A DNA stretch of 64,000 nucleotides, taken from NCBI GenBank assembly GCA_003707115.1, contig PPNB01000005.1, forward strand, positions 186,001 to 250,000, given 5' to 3'. The stretch is from Tortispora ganteri. Its lineage: Eukaryota. The notes under the pieces are model-generated. The model saw only the letters and a program-made list of their open reading frames with translations, ran no database searches and was not told the origin of the DNA. Both the position numbers and the translations under genes were made by a program. This document shows positions 9,965 through 21,600 of this stretch, one piece after another (positions within the stretch are counted from its first letter, which is position 1; each line of letters opens with the position of its first letter).

Positions 9965-12118
9965 ATGCGCACCGCTACAGCCTCCATACTTTTGGTGTGG
10001 ACGTATGCATGCCTTGTGGGCGCCTTTCAAGAACTGCTAAAATTAGATGTACAAGAAACATTAGACATTATCACTCCTGAAATTGTCATTGAGAGCGAGA
10101 AAGTGTCTATCCCGCTAGTTAACCCTAGTGGTACTTTAGCACTTTACACAAAATCCGGTTACTCGTTCGATCACCATTCTGCATACTCAAATCTGTACTG
10201 CTTCAATATTTCTGCGAATTCATCTACAAAAATTGCAGACGGTATTGACGACTTTGCATGGGCCTCCGACTCATCAATTTTGTTTCTCAATGGTACACCT
10301 TCTACATTATACACTCTTTCTGTTATTGACCCTGTAGATCCGGTTGAACTACGCCAATTTGACGGATCTTTGTCTCAAATGCAATCCTTTATATCTGAAG
10401 ATACTGTATATGTAATTGCCTACGGGAAAAGCGATTTAAGTGGCAATTTAATTAACCCAAATGACGCATCTCCATACTCATCCGGGCTCGTTTTCGACAA
10501 ATTGTACGCCCGCTACTGGGACGTTGTTGTCAATCAAACGCAGAAAAACCAGGTATACATGCTCGAACTAGACATCTCAAACGATTTCGTCTCTTTGAAG
10601 AGCGACCTTATCAACCCCCTTGCGCCTTACAATATAGAACTCTACGAGGAGAATTCTCTTGTGGCCGATATGGGACCTGACTTCTTCGCTGTTGTCTGTC
10701 GATCTTCTTACGATATGTCCAGGAATACTACCTCATATGTCTATATCGTGCCTTATAACCGAAGTGAACCACTTTCTTTTGGTATAGACCACCTTGGCTC
10801 CTCTGCTTCACCCGCAATAGGTCCAAACAACCTTGTCTCCTACATTCGACGAAGTAACCCGCTTTACGAGTCTGGTCAGACTGCTGTCATGCTTTGGGAC
10901 ATTGCCAAAAACGAAACTTGGCAGATATTGCGTGAATGGGATCGTCCAACAATTTCTTTGTCCTGGCTGAACGACACCCTCTTGCTAGTTGGCGAAGACC
11001 ACGGCACGCAGGCGCTCTATTCAGCAGATCCTCATGACACTAATGCTGACAAACCCAAACAAATCGTTGCTGGCAACTTCTCAGTTTCTTCTGTTACAGC
11101 GTACAGTCATGGCTTACTCTACCTCGCCACTTCTTTCTTTGACTCAGAGTATATTGGCCATGTAACTCCTGCAAAAAATCTGATATACAAAAACGAACTG
11201 TTGGTTCCCCCTTCAGTTTCTACAAAACCCCGCTTTGAATCTTTTTGGTTTCACGGCTCCAGAAGGATTTTGAACCATGCTTATCTCGTTTTCCCGTCTG
11301 GATTTGACGACACCAAAAAGTATCCATTAGTAATGCTTATCCACGGCGGTCCCGAATCAGCCTGGCATAACGAGTGGTCGAGAAGGTGGAACCCTGCTGT
11401 CTTTGCAGACTCTCTAGATGCTGTAGTTCTTATGATTAACCCTACAGGATCTACAGGGTATGGGCAGACCTTTACTCAGAATATCAAGAACAACTGGGGT
11501 TCGCTGCCTTATGTTGATTTAGTCCTGGGTCTCAAACATGCCGTCAGAGTATATGAGTATCTCGACGAGTCACGAATAGTGATTGCTGGTGCAAGTTTTG
11601 GCGGTTATATGGCCAATTGGATCCAAGGAAACGATCTGGGTCGCGTAGTAAACGCTATAGTGTGTCATGACGGCATCACATCACTGAATAACGTCATGGC
11701 CACAGATCAGCTTTACTTTCCATTATGGGAATTTGAAGGAACACCATGGGACCAGGAAATTGACAATTCTTATTATATTTATGATCCTTTACGGTTAGTA
11801 CACAACTGGGCCACACCACAGATGGTTATCCATAGCAGTCTTGATTACAGGATCCCGGTCTCTGAAGGGTTCATGGCCTTCAATGCTCTTCAAATGAGAC
11901 AAGTCCCGTCCAAACTGTTATACTTCCCTGACGAATGTCATTGGGTACTCAAACCGGAAAATTCTTTGAAATGGCACCGTGAAGTCTTAGGTTTCCTAAA
12001 ACCGTATGTGTCTCATTCTGATGCTACAAAGTTGCGCGTCTCCGACATTCATAATGACTACCAACTGGAAGACATGGAAGACTACAGCGTTCTTTTTAAA
12101 AGCGCGGGCATCGTTTAA
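9965..12118 (+). CDS. Secreted dipeptidyl peptidase V-like serine peptidase (S9 family)
   Basis: Signal peptide after ATG 9965; IHGGPES, NPTGSTGYGQ, nucleophile GASFGG, DYRIP, FPDECHWVLKPENS. Confidence 0.9.
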   Translation: MRTATASILLVWTYACLVGAFQELLKLDVQETLDIITPEIVIESEKVSIPLVNPSGTLALYTKSGYSFDHHSAYSNLYCFNISANSSTKIADGIDDFAWASDSSILFLNGTPSTLYTLSVIDPVDPVELRQFDGSLSQMQSFISEDTVYVIAYGKSDLSGNLINPNDASPYSSGLVFDKLYARYWDVVVNQTQKNQVYMLELDISNDFVSLKSDLINPLAPYNIELYEENSLVADMGPDFFAVVCRSSYDMSRNTTSYVYIVPYNRSEPLSFGIDHLGSSASPAIGPNNLVSYIRRSNPLYESGQTAVMLWDIAKNETWQILREWDRPTISLSWLNDTLLLVGEDHGTQALYSADPHDTNADKPKQIVAGNFSVSSVTAYSHGLLYLATSFFDSEYIGHVTPAKNLIYKNELLVPPSVSTKPRFESFWFHGSRRILNHAYLVFPSGFDDTKKYPLVMLIHGGPESAWHNEWSRRWNPAVFADSLDAVVLMINPTGSTGYGQTFTQNIKNNWGSLPYVDLVLGLKHAVRVYEYLDESRIVIAGASFGGYMANWIQGNDLGRVVNAIVCHDGITSLNNVMATDQLYFPLWEFEGTPWDQEIDNSYYIYDPLRLVHNWATPQMVIHSSLDYRIPVSEGFMAFNALQMRQVPSKLLYFPDECHWVLKPENSLKWHREVLGFLKPYVSHSDATKLRVSDIHNDYQLEDMEDYSVLFKSAGIV

Positions 12119-12155
12119 GGGAATAAAAGTTTCATTGTATGACTTGTAAGTGTGA

Positions 12156-15100
12156 TTACAGTGCTCGCGGGTCGAGCAAGCGATCACTGAGCTGTCCTAG
12201 GCCTTCTACATGGCCATGTAGAGCTGCTTGTCGCTTTAGCGGGGACTTCCAGTCTTCAACGCCTGGTATTAAGCTACTAACACTGTCGTAGCAATCCACA
12301 AATTCAGATTCTAGTGCAGGAATTCGGTGTTTAGGCCGGGAAGTGTGGTGTCTTTGGTCTGACCGGTGCCCAGCATAGGCATTTTGATGATGATGTTCCG
12401 TTTTGCGCGAGCTGTTTGCTGCATATGCGCCACGGCTTTGAATTGTGGGTTTTATATGGTACTTCGCTTGTCTAGGAATCGCAGAAAGCGCAGAGTCATC
12501 GAGCGACATGCTTCGACGCTTGTGGATCCTGTCACCGCGAGAGCGGGGACTTGGTTTCTTGTACTCGTTGCGGTAGGCTTCTGCTTTAATCCTAGGAGGA
12601 ACGTGCTTACCTGCAGCGTAACGCTTTTGGTAATAGCCGTAGTGCGTTTCGTGGTACCGCCCGAATATCATATCCTGTCTATTAGAATCAGAATGTGATC
12701 GATGCTCTCTGGTCTTAATGTTATGCATAACTGATTTCTTGGAGACAGGAACGTTCCATCTTTTCTTCACGTTGGCTTTAGTAGCCATTTCATCTAAATA
12801 GTACAGCGAGTCTGAAGAAGACACGCGTGAATGTGCTGAAAAGCTTGAAGGAGAAAAGTTTGACAGATTCTGCATAGAAGTTTCTCCAGTATACACGCTT
12901 TCCGGGAGATCAGAATCGGATTCCATAGCAATGTAGTTTCCAGAATTGGCGTTAACAGACCCAACATCAGAATTATCAAGTTTTGCTGCATCAAATCTTA
13001 GGTCGTACTTTTCCGCCCTTTTCCCATAATTATCACGTCTAGTTGTATCCTGTTCTACTGACCTGTAGCTGGTAACTTGCGCGCCTTTAGATCGTGACAA
13101 TGTCCGTTTGAGAGCGTCGCATCTAGACTCTTCAGTAGTCAAGTTAATGCTAGCATCATAATCAGGAGTTTTGAGGTTTCTGATCATCAAAGGCGGATTC
13201 GCTGAAGTGGCAGCAATCATAGTTTTAGCGCTCTCCAACGTAACAGTTTCTTGAGTTACCGGCTTCTGTTTTGAGTAGAAGTTCATTGGCGGAGGAGTAG
13301 CAGGGGTGGTAGGCAGCTGTTGCTCCAATGGAGTGTGTGGTTGCGAGTTAGACTGTGACAAAGTAGCGGGAAGTTTAGGCAACTCTTTCAGCGAAGGAGC
13401 TATATAAATAGGAGTCTCGGGGTTGTGTTTCCGGACATGTTCTGATTTTCGATGTTCGGACTTCTCACTTCTGTTTGTCTCCACCAACTTTAAAGAACCG
13501 CTGCTACTGCTTAATGAAAGACGTTCAAAGTACGCAATTTTGTCTCCGGCTTTCGCATTTCTGAGGGTTGTTGCAGTATTGTCGGCTTTCCGGGGAGATG
13601 TATCTCCACCATTATCTCTCTTAGTTTGAAGTTTTTGAGGTCTTTTCGGGGTAGCTTCTGGTGAAGGAGGATATGTTTTACTCTTTGTAGTTTCTGTAGC
13701 ATTCGATGCAGTAGGAACTTCAGAAGTCAATACATCATCTAGCCCTTCTTCAAAGGAATCATCAGGGGTGATGAGCAAGGACTGGGCTTGAGATGGTGGT
13801 TTTCCGGCAGAAAGAGGGCTGCGATGCCCAGAACCATGAATTGTACTTCCTGATGTGGGCGAATTACTGTTAGTGGTTTTCACAGGCTTGTAAATAGTAG
13901 ACTCGACTACCGGTTCGATCACGTGTTTTGCAGATCCAGAAATATTGGCTCTCTGCGATCTTGTGGCGACGGTATCTATCTCCTTGGTACTATCGTTAAC
14001 CGAAGCAGTTCGTTTAGGGATATCAGTGGTTCGAGTATCTGGTATATTCAAAAGAGGTTTTGATTTGTCTGCAGACTTCTTCTTTTCGTTGACCGGTGAG
14101 GCTCTATTTGCCTTTTTGGGGGCTATTCGATGTTCGATAGGGTCAGCAGAGACTACGGCTGAGTCTTTTTGCTTTGGAATCTCCAAATCCTTGGAAAGCA
14201 CCGTCTTAGTAGCCTCATTCAAGGCAGGTTCCTTTTCAGTAGCATTCTTTGTAGTAGCTTCCTTCTTAGTACTTATAAGAGCCGGTTTTTGCACAGTAGA
14301 AGGAATTTCCTTGCTAACTTCGGGAAGTGTCACGGAGAGCGACTCTTCCACTGGCGAATGTTCCTCTTCTGCTATAGAGTGAAGCGAATCGCTAGTCTTT
14401 GCTGATTGCAGCTTCAGTGGACGTTCTAGAGGATCTATGTTAATCTTGAGAGGCGTATTGTCGATGGCTTGGTTCAGAAAATCTGATATGCTCGTACTGG
14501 CGGGAGGTATTTCAGCATCAGTATTTGAATCAAGATCTTTAATCTTTTTCTCTTGAGCAATCAACCAGGCTACCGCTCCCACTGCTTCCCTGGCTAGGAG
14601 CGGATTGATAGAAACCACTTCTTTTCTCCGCCTTGGAACCACTACATCAGGTGATTCCTTGGAGATATTTGTATCTGTTTCGGGTTCCTTAACAATAGTA
14701 ACATCTGCAGCACTATTTAAAGTACCGCTATTGGTTAGATCATCCTGACTTTTGCTGACCGGGACATCTTTCTTAATAATTTTAAACGGCGGGGCGCTAG
14801 TACCAAACTGGTGATTAACCAGACGGATTAATGCCTCTTCCTGGTACTCTTCTATTGCATACCATACCCCGTTAAGATTCTCAAAGGCGGCCGCAGAGTG
14901 TGAGAATTCAGACCTGGAGAGGATCTGAGAAAGTGAAGATTGACTGACGTGGCAGAGTATTGTGTTTCCGATCATTCTTTGTCTATACATTGGTTGTTCA
15001 GGCCCATGAGAGGCAAGCCAGACCCAGTAGAAATCCAAATGCAGCTGCATAGGACCACAAAGGTTTGTTACAGTTGCCATCAAAGGTTTTTGAGATACAG

Positions 15101-16670
15101 GAACAGTTTCGGTATTTTGTCCAAACCCAGCTGTGGGCGACATTGCTTGGGATGACATTGAATTAGTGTATCCAGTTGTGTCTGTGTCAGTCTTAAGAAT
15201 TTCATGAACTGGAGGAAGCTTTATAGAAGGAGGAACAATACCAGCTGCAGCGTCTAAAGACTCACTATTCGTATCAGTACGGAATCCTAGCGCAGTAAAA
15301 TCATCCCAAGTCAGAGTTTTGGGCCGTGAATCGTCCGTCTTCGACTTCGATCTCAATGAAGTATTTGAGTGCTCGTTTACGTCCGCTTCTTCAATTTTTG
15401 CAAGGCTACCGGATGAAACAGAATGTTCAAAGCCAGTAGCTTGGAATATAGACCAGGTTTTATTCTCTGGACCTTTAGCCCGAGAATGTGATCTCTTTTT
15501 CACAGGGAAGGGATTACCGGATATCAGTGACATTCTGTCCATGGCTGATATATTTTCCTCGGTTAGCGAATTAAACGGGTTTAAATGAGCGGTGTGCAGT
15601 ATTTGAAGAAGAAGTTTGTCTTCTGAGGAAAGATCCGCCCTGGTTCCATAGTAGCGATCACGCTGGAGGATAGAAAGCGGGTCTTTCGAGAGGCTATCAA
15701 CAACCATTGCGAGGTATGAGAGATTCACGACCCTCTCCTCTGAATCTGCAGTGGAAACAAAGTTAGGAGGGTAGTTGCTGCTGATCAAGAATTGGTTCAG
15801 TGCACCGGGCAATGATGAACGCGAAGTTTCTTTTCCTGGGAGAAAGTTCCGAAGATAGCAAAGAAAGATGTGCCCTGTAGCCTTTGCAGCTTTTGTCCAG
15901 GCGAAATAAGAGAAGAGGAACTTTGTTGCGGCAGGCGTACAGGAGTTGCGTATGGCTGAGGACGACTTGACGGGCAATTCTGACTGGTCGAATAGCCACC
16001 ATGAAAAGAGGTTAAGCATAGATTTACAGATCTTAGGGTCATCATCGTAGTATCTAGCGATCAGTGAGGCTATAAATTCCAATGACGACTCTAGTAGTGA
16101 TGCGTGATCCGGGGCCATTAAGGAAAGAAGATTGTTAAAAGAGTGCGTATTAGATAGATCCTCTGTAGCAGCAAAAGATGAATACTGTTTCCATTTGAGG
16201 ATGCCTCTTGGTGCTCTTGACCAGCACCACTTGACATAACAAATGAGAGTAGAAGACTCGCAGACTTTGAGTTCACAGCGGAAAGATGTAGAATCAAATG
16301 CTTTAATGAGTGAAAGATCTACAAGTTGTCTTGTTTGGTAAAGGTCAGAGAGCGAAGAAGATTCGTTGAATGGCAAGAACGATTTCGGTGAGACTTCTGC
16401 GCGAGACTTAAGTTCACGAAAGACTAAAGCGAGTGGTGCATTGAATTGTTCAGGAGTGGCAAGTGACCACGAGGAAGGCAATTTCAAATTTCGTTCGGCG
16501 AGTTCAGAATCTACGCGAGCTTGGAGTAGATCTGAGATTGACGGATCAAGGGGAATATTGGCAGTAAAGTTGTCATGAGAGTTATCACTGATGACGATCG
16601 GTTTCGGAGCAGAGATGAACTCTTTATTCTTTGATTTTTGTTTACGCTTGAATTTTGTAAAGAACGACAT
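12156..16670 (-). CDS. Large Msb1/Mug8-domain morphogenesis-related protein with long low-complexity C-terminal region
   Basis: 1504-aa ORF; N-terminal ELKSR...FLPF, VKWCWSRAPRGILKW, WSIFQATGF, FYWVWLAS resemble the RhoGAP-like Msb1/Mug8 domain. Confidence 0.65.
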   Translation of the reverse strand: MSFFTKFKRKQKSKNKEFISAPKPIVISDNSHDNFTANIPLDPSISDLLQARVDSELAERNLKLPSSWSLATPEQFNAPLALVFRELKSRAEVSPKSFLPFNESSSLSDLYQTRQLVDLSLIKAFDSTSFRCELKVCESSTLICYVKWCWSRAPRGILKWKQYSSFAATEDLSNTHSFNNLLSLMAPDHASLLESSLEFIASLIARYYDDDPKICKSMLNLFSWWLFDQSELPVKSSSAIRNSCTPAATKFLFSYFAWTKAAKATGHIFLCYLRNFLPGKETSRSSLPGALNQFLISSNYPPNFVSTADSEERVVNLSYLAMVVDSLSKDPLSILQRDRYYGTRADLSSEDKLLLQILHTAHLNPFNSLTEENISAMDRMSLISGNPFPVKKRSHSRAKGPENKTWSIFQATGFEHSVSSGSLAKIEEADVNEHSNTSLRSKSKTDDSRPKTLTWDDFTALGFRTDTNSESLDAAAGIVPPSIKLPPVHEILKTDTDTTGYTNSMSSQAMSPTAGFGQNTETVPVSQKPLMATVTNLCGPMQLHLDFYWVWLASHGPEQPMYRQRMIGNTILCHVSQSSLSQILSRSEFSHSAAAFENLNGVWYAIEEYQEEALIRLVNHQFGTSAPPFKIIKKDVPVSKSQDDLTNSGTLNSAADVTIVKEPETDTNISKESPDVVVPRRRKEVVSINPLLAREAVGAVAWLIAQEKKIKDLDSNTDAEIPPASTSISDFLNQAIDNTPLKINIDPLERPLKLQSAKTSDSLHSIAEEEHSPVEESLSVTLPEVSKEIPSTVQKPALISTKKEATTKNATEKEPALNEATKTVLSKDLEIPKQKDSAVVSADPIEHRIAPKKANRASPVNEKKKSADKSKPLLNIPDTRTTDIPKRTASVNDSTKEIDTVATRSQRANISGSAKHVIEPVVESTIYKPVKTTNSNSPTSGSTIHGSGHRSPLSAGKPPSQAQSLLITPDDSFEEGLDDVLTSEVPTASNATETTKSKTYPPSPEATPKRPQKLQTKRDNGGDTSPRKADNTATTLRNAKAGDKIAYFERLSLSSSSGSLKLVETNRSEKSEHRKSEHVRKHNPETPIYIAPSLKELPKLPATLSQSNSQPHTPLEQQLPTTPATPPPMNFYSKQKPVTQETVTLESAKTMIAATSANPPLMIRNLKTPDYDASINLTTEESRCDALKRTLSRSKGAQVTSYRSVEQDTTRRDNYGKRAEKYDLRFDAAKLDNSDVGSVNANSGNYIAMESDSDLPESVYTGETSMQNLSNFSPSSFSAHSRVSSSDSLYYLDEMATKANVKKRWNVPVSKKSVMHNIKTREHRSHSDSNRQDMIFGRYHETHYGYYQKRYAAGKHVPPRIKAEAYRNEYKKPSPRSRGDRIHKRRSMSLDDSALSAIPRQAKYHIKPTIQSRGAYAANSSRKTEHHHQNAYAGHRSDQRHHTSRPKHRIPALESEFVDCYDSVSSLIPGVEDWKSPLKRQAALHGHVEGLGQLSDRLLDPRAL

Positions 16671-17141
16671 AAGTGAGAATGTTAAAGGAACGATGATAGT
16701 TGTAAAATGATGTAATTATTCAAAATCGCGCAGATTTAGGGGACCTTTTTATTGTACAAGAATAGCACAAAGTAGAAGAAAAGAGAGGTAATATATAGGA
16801 ACGCGAGAAGAGGAAATTTAGGGTCAATTAAGATCCAAATAAACAAGATTAGAGCGATATAATAGAAGGTGATAAATTGAAGAAAAAGAGGATGAAAAGG
16901 AGTCAAAGAAATAGAAGGAATGGAAAGAGTAAAATGAATAAATTCATCCCTGTGTAGAAGCGTAACAAAGCGTGACAAGTTTAGGTTTTGTCCAATCATA
17001 AGCCGTAACATTATGCTCGGATTACCTAATTGGTATAAATGGGATTGTTTTCGAAATGGATACGAGGCTATTAAAGTTAAAGGTGCATAATGTTTCTTCA
17101 ATTAGTATACTGCAGGTTGATTATTAAATATGTGCTCGTAA

Positions 17142-18611
17142 TTAGACAAGTTTAGAATCAGAATTGACTCGTTGTATTTGAGTAGAATCCATAAGTTGTG
17201 ATATATTATCATTCGTTGTGGTAAAGGCGACGTTGGACCTCGTAGCCTCATCCATAGCGATACGGCGATTATATCTGTATTTCTTTGAGGCGAAGAATGG
17301 AAGTAGAAGAATACAAGTACTGGCGATGACCGCCTGAAATATGAGTGCACGTTTCATATTTTGTGGAGGATCCCCCTTGTCTTGATCGTACCTTAAAGCG
17401 TTCATGATAATGGTAAAGATAGCACCTAAAAGTTGACCACCACACCAAAGAATTCCGGCGCTTAGTTCGTCACTGGCTGGATGGACTTGTTCCTGTGTCC
17501 ATTCGAGTACTAGTGGCAATAAAGCAAATGAACAAACACCAATAACAATACTAACAATGAAAGGGCCGATGTACTGTTTATCTGTTGAGCACATGAATAT
17601 TGCACCGATATAGGCTCCGCCGATCAGTGGAACAAGGATAAAAATGTACCATAAGAAACAATGAAACTTATCTGCTATTGGGCTGAGAACTAGGGCACCG
17701 AGTAGGCCTGCTACAATAAGCACGGCACCTGTGTAGCCAGCATCGTCGTTGGTATAGCCATAGGGAGACATGATCTGCTGGAGCAGCGATGAGAAGGCGT
17801 TAAAGAATCCGACATATACTGAGAAAATGATGGTAATGAATATGAACGCTTTATTTGTGACAAAAATTCTGAGAGAAGGCCAAAGTCCAAGTTTAGGTAC
17901 CGCTGATGAAGGCGAGCTAGGGTATTTTGGACTAGCGGGAACAAATATGGCAGTAACTGAGCAAGCACAGATAATTATAGTGGTATAAAGAGTCATTCTA
18001 GGTACATCTTGAGGATTAGTACAGAAGAGAGGGCTGATAAGATTAGCAAGAGCTCCGCCGACCGGATTGGATAATGACATGAGAGCATTTGCGGAGACGC
18101 GCGATTTGGTGGTGAACCAAAGTCCTGAGTAATGTGTAGGAACAATCAACATAAAAGGTTGAGCAAACCCAAGAAAGATTTGACCTAGCATTACAAGTGC
18201 GAAAATTCCACCATTATCTTTACGCGCATAAGTTCCAGCAACACGGAGTACTGATCCGATAATATTAAGCCCTGCACCAGTACATACCGTAATTCTGATT
18301 CCTAGATGGTGAAGCACATAGGAGCAAAGTGGAGTTATTACAATAAATGCAAAAAAGAAAGATATCGATAACCAATTTATTGGTGTATATGAACTCATAT
18401 GGAAGAATTTATAGCTATTATCGGCGACTGGAGCGTATGTGAGCCAACCCCAAGAAACAGAGATATTTAGGAGCATGATAACTACTACACCAATCCAGCG
18501 TTTTCGGTATATTTTGTAAACAGGATACGTCGATTGTTCAGATAGCACTGTTTGTACAAGTTCTATATTTGGACTGTCGTCATTTTTGCGGAACAAATTC
18601 AAGAAAAACAT
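17142..18611 (-). CDS. MFS transporter, FLVCR/SLC49-like
   Basis: About 12 hydrophobic segments; YKIYRKRW, WLTYAPVA, GQIFLGFAQPF, WFTTKSRVSANALMSLSNPVG, PKYPSSPSS. Confidence 0.85.
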   Translation of the reverse strand: MFFLNLFRKNDDSPNIELVQTVLSEQSTYPVYKIYRKRWIGVVVIMLLNISVSWGWLTYAPVADNSYKFFHMSSYTPINWLSISFFFAFIVITPLCSYVLHHLGIRITVCTGAGLNIIGSVLRVAGTYARKDNGGIFALVMLGQIFLGFAQPFMLIVPTHYSGLWFTTKSRVSANALMSLSNPVGGALANLISPLFCTNPQDVPRMTLYTTIIICACSVTAIFVPASPKYPSSPSSAVPKLGLWPSLRIFVTNKAFIFITIIFSVYVGFFNAFSSLLQQIMSPYGYTNDDAGYTGAVLIVAGLLGALVLSPIADKFHCFLWYIFILVPLIGGAYIGAIFMCSTDKQYIGPFIVSIVIGVCSFALLPLVLEWTQEQVHPASDELSAGILWCGGQLLGAIFTIIMNALRYDQDKGDPPQNMKRALIFQAVIASTCILLLPFFASKKYRYNRRIAMDEATRSNVAFTTTNDNISQLMDSTQIQRVNSDSKLV

Positions 18612-21600
18612 GTTTTCACGATAAGAATAAGCTGAATGGCCTAAAGATAAGAAGACTTGGGGTTGAACACGTTTTGAACTTTAATTTCAATTATTGTACT
18701 AATTGGTTCATTTGCGTATGTGCGAACTGCAGTGGTAAGCAATCAAAATGTGTTTATGATAGTTTTGGTTGATTATAGTGATAGTATATTAAATAAAATA
18801 AAAAAAAATTACATTACATAGTAGTATAGAGTGGAGGTATGTTGTATGTAGGTGGAGAGTTATAAATGTGATCTGGTAATGTCGTAGTTATTACGCAATC
18901 AGCAATTTCGGATGAGTTTTAAGTATATTCAAATCAATCAATTTAAAAAACTAATCATGTAACATTTAAAGAAATGTATTAAATTCAACAAAATTTACTA
19001 CGGTATGAAATTAAGAATGGCACCTTGGCAAGTCGATCATTCACGAGCGGGTTAGTTAGATAGTTACGGAGGAGAGAGCAGTAGTAAATAGTTAACAAGA
19101 AGGTTATTTTGGTATCAAAGTGATTACAATTACTAAAAATAAATAATCGAACTGATCCTAAGAAACGATAAATCAAGTATACAGAAGTATACAGAAGTCT
19201 GAATGTCATATTGGTGGAGGAAACAAAGTTTATATGACAGGGCTCCAAGACGTCTAGAGATGTAAAACTTACACTCTAAACCAGTTGGTGGTAGATTTCG
19301 AGAGTCAAATTTGATAGTTTTTATTAAACCGATAAGTAATGGTCACTATAAATTAAGTATATTTAAAATTTCAAGTAGTAATATTGCCCACCCACAACAA
19401 CGAATAGGGTATTGTTAGTTCACCAAAATAGCACTAGTCTTAAATTGTCAATAGTGTTAAGTAAAAAGTTAAATGAATCTTTAAATAGATTAACGTTCGA
19501 AATACAACTTGAAGTTTATTAACGATTAAGTTACATGTTGGCAGTGCGCTAGTCAACCGGTTATGTCTTGGCTTTCTTTATCTCTTACTTAGCTATCGAT
19601 AATATCGATTTTTCTTATTGCGGCTGATAGCGTATGCTAATCGATATAATGCAAATACAATCTTTTGATAGAAAAAATTATTAAATTACTCTGTATTTTT
19701 AAGCTAATTTTGTGGGTAATGATATATTGAGGACTACATTGTAATGCCCCTCTTTCGTATGTTATGAACATTGAACTGTTAAAAGGATTTTCGAAATGGT
19801 AGAGAATATGGATACGACTGAATTACTTAATTATAGTTTAGTTTGTAAATAATTGAATAGAGTTTTAATTTAAATTATTGGATAAAAAGTTATGCGCTAT
19901 TACTGGCAGGTTGTAATGAAAGAACAGCTTGGTATGTGTATAGCAGAATTACTCGAGTTTCGCCAAAAGCAAAAAACACCAAAATAAAATTATACCTTGC
20001 ATTATATCTATTAATTAAAAATAAATTAATTGATCGATATAAGAGATATAAAGATTTTATATGAGAATTGAACATGGAATAACCATGAAGTGATGTAAGT
20101 AGAAGAATTTGAAGTTACGACCTATAAGCTCTAAGAATACGGGATTTGAATGAAGTATAATTGATATTCTGAAATTATTGAAATTATCAAATAGTTAATC
20201 GCTCACACGTGTATAAGTGAGGAAGTTTTAACTATTTATGAAAAGTGAAAACTGTCAGACGTATATACGTAAGAAAGTACGATGTAAAGGATTAGTGACG
20301 TAGAACTTCATATGACAATTTACTCAAAATAGAATTATTTATTGATTTTTAATCTAAATATCAAACCAAGCAAAAGTGTAATTTCAATTGCCGGTTGATC
20401 ATTATTGGTACAAACAGAAATGTAAAATCTTATTATCGGAAATACATTCCCTATAGTGAAATAAGAGACTAGATAATTATATGGATTGATTAATATGCGA
20501 TCAAGATAAAAATATGAATATATCAATTATTATTCTAGTTATTATTACTGGTATGAAAAAATCACTGTAAATATTTAACATTCCATAAACGGTCGACTTT
20601 GTGTATAATAAAGGTTAAGAGAGAAATGAGATTTGAAAGACAAAAATAAGCTGACCATTTTAAAAAGACTAACTTTAATTATGAGAAGATAGAGTAGTAT
20701 TACTCCAGCCAAAACGACCAAAATAGAAAAAGCAAGTAAAAAGACTACCATAAAATGAAGTCATTCTAAAAATTCATTATAATGAAGATCTCGACCGAAA
20801 TTATTATTGTAACGCTAAATATTAATTGTTGTAACATAAACAACTAATCAAACAATATCTCATAATTAAATAAAGAATTGATCTAAATATATAAATAAAT
20901 CCTAGATTTAGTAAATATCCCTTTCACTCATATCAGTTTTGTGAATCTAATTATATAACTTCAATTCATATTATCTATCGTGATTCATATTATCGATCGT
21001 TACAATTCATATTATCGATCATTACAATTCATATCTCATTGATTTTTTTTGTCTGATAGATATTCAAATTACATTATATTCTTAGATTACATTCTCTTCT
21101 TAGCATTCTTGCTAAATTTACGTAACTTTTACTTTTTTTCTACTTTATTTCCCTTTCATTTCCGTTTCTTATCTTTTCGCCTCGTTTATTGCTTACCATT
21201 TCCATTTTTTTGCCTTAATCCTAATTTGGCTTACACTTTAAGTTGTCATATTCCTGCTGACACTACGTGAACTTTATCTAAATAATTTGCTTCATTCAAT
21301 CATTAGACTTATTCGAACTGCTTTTCGCTTTTATTTCAAAACATTATCGACACTTTTACCTAACTGGTTACTACCAGTTTACCCTTATTCAAGGTAAAAC
21401 ACCCTACTTCAACTTCAAATCTACCACTTATTCAAATTGAACTTTATATCTTTTAAAGTTATTTCATACAGATTTATAGTTCCTTGTTCATACGGCCACT
21501 TTAGCTAATCTTAAAAAGGATATTTCTAATCCACCTATTAGCGAGTCAAACTGACACCATCATATCCGAGTTGGCTCTAATATCCTTTGTCCTTTTTACT

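Noticed and set aside
20962..21034. CRISPR-like array
   Set aside because: Eukaryotic context, no unique spacers and no cas genes; it is a simple tandem repeat
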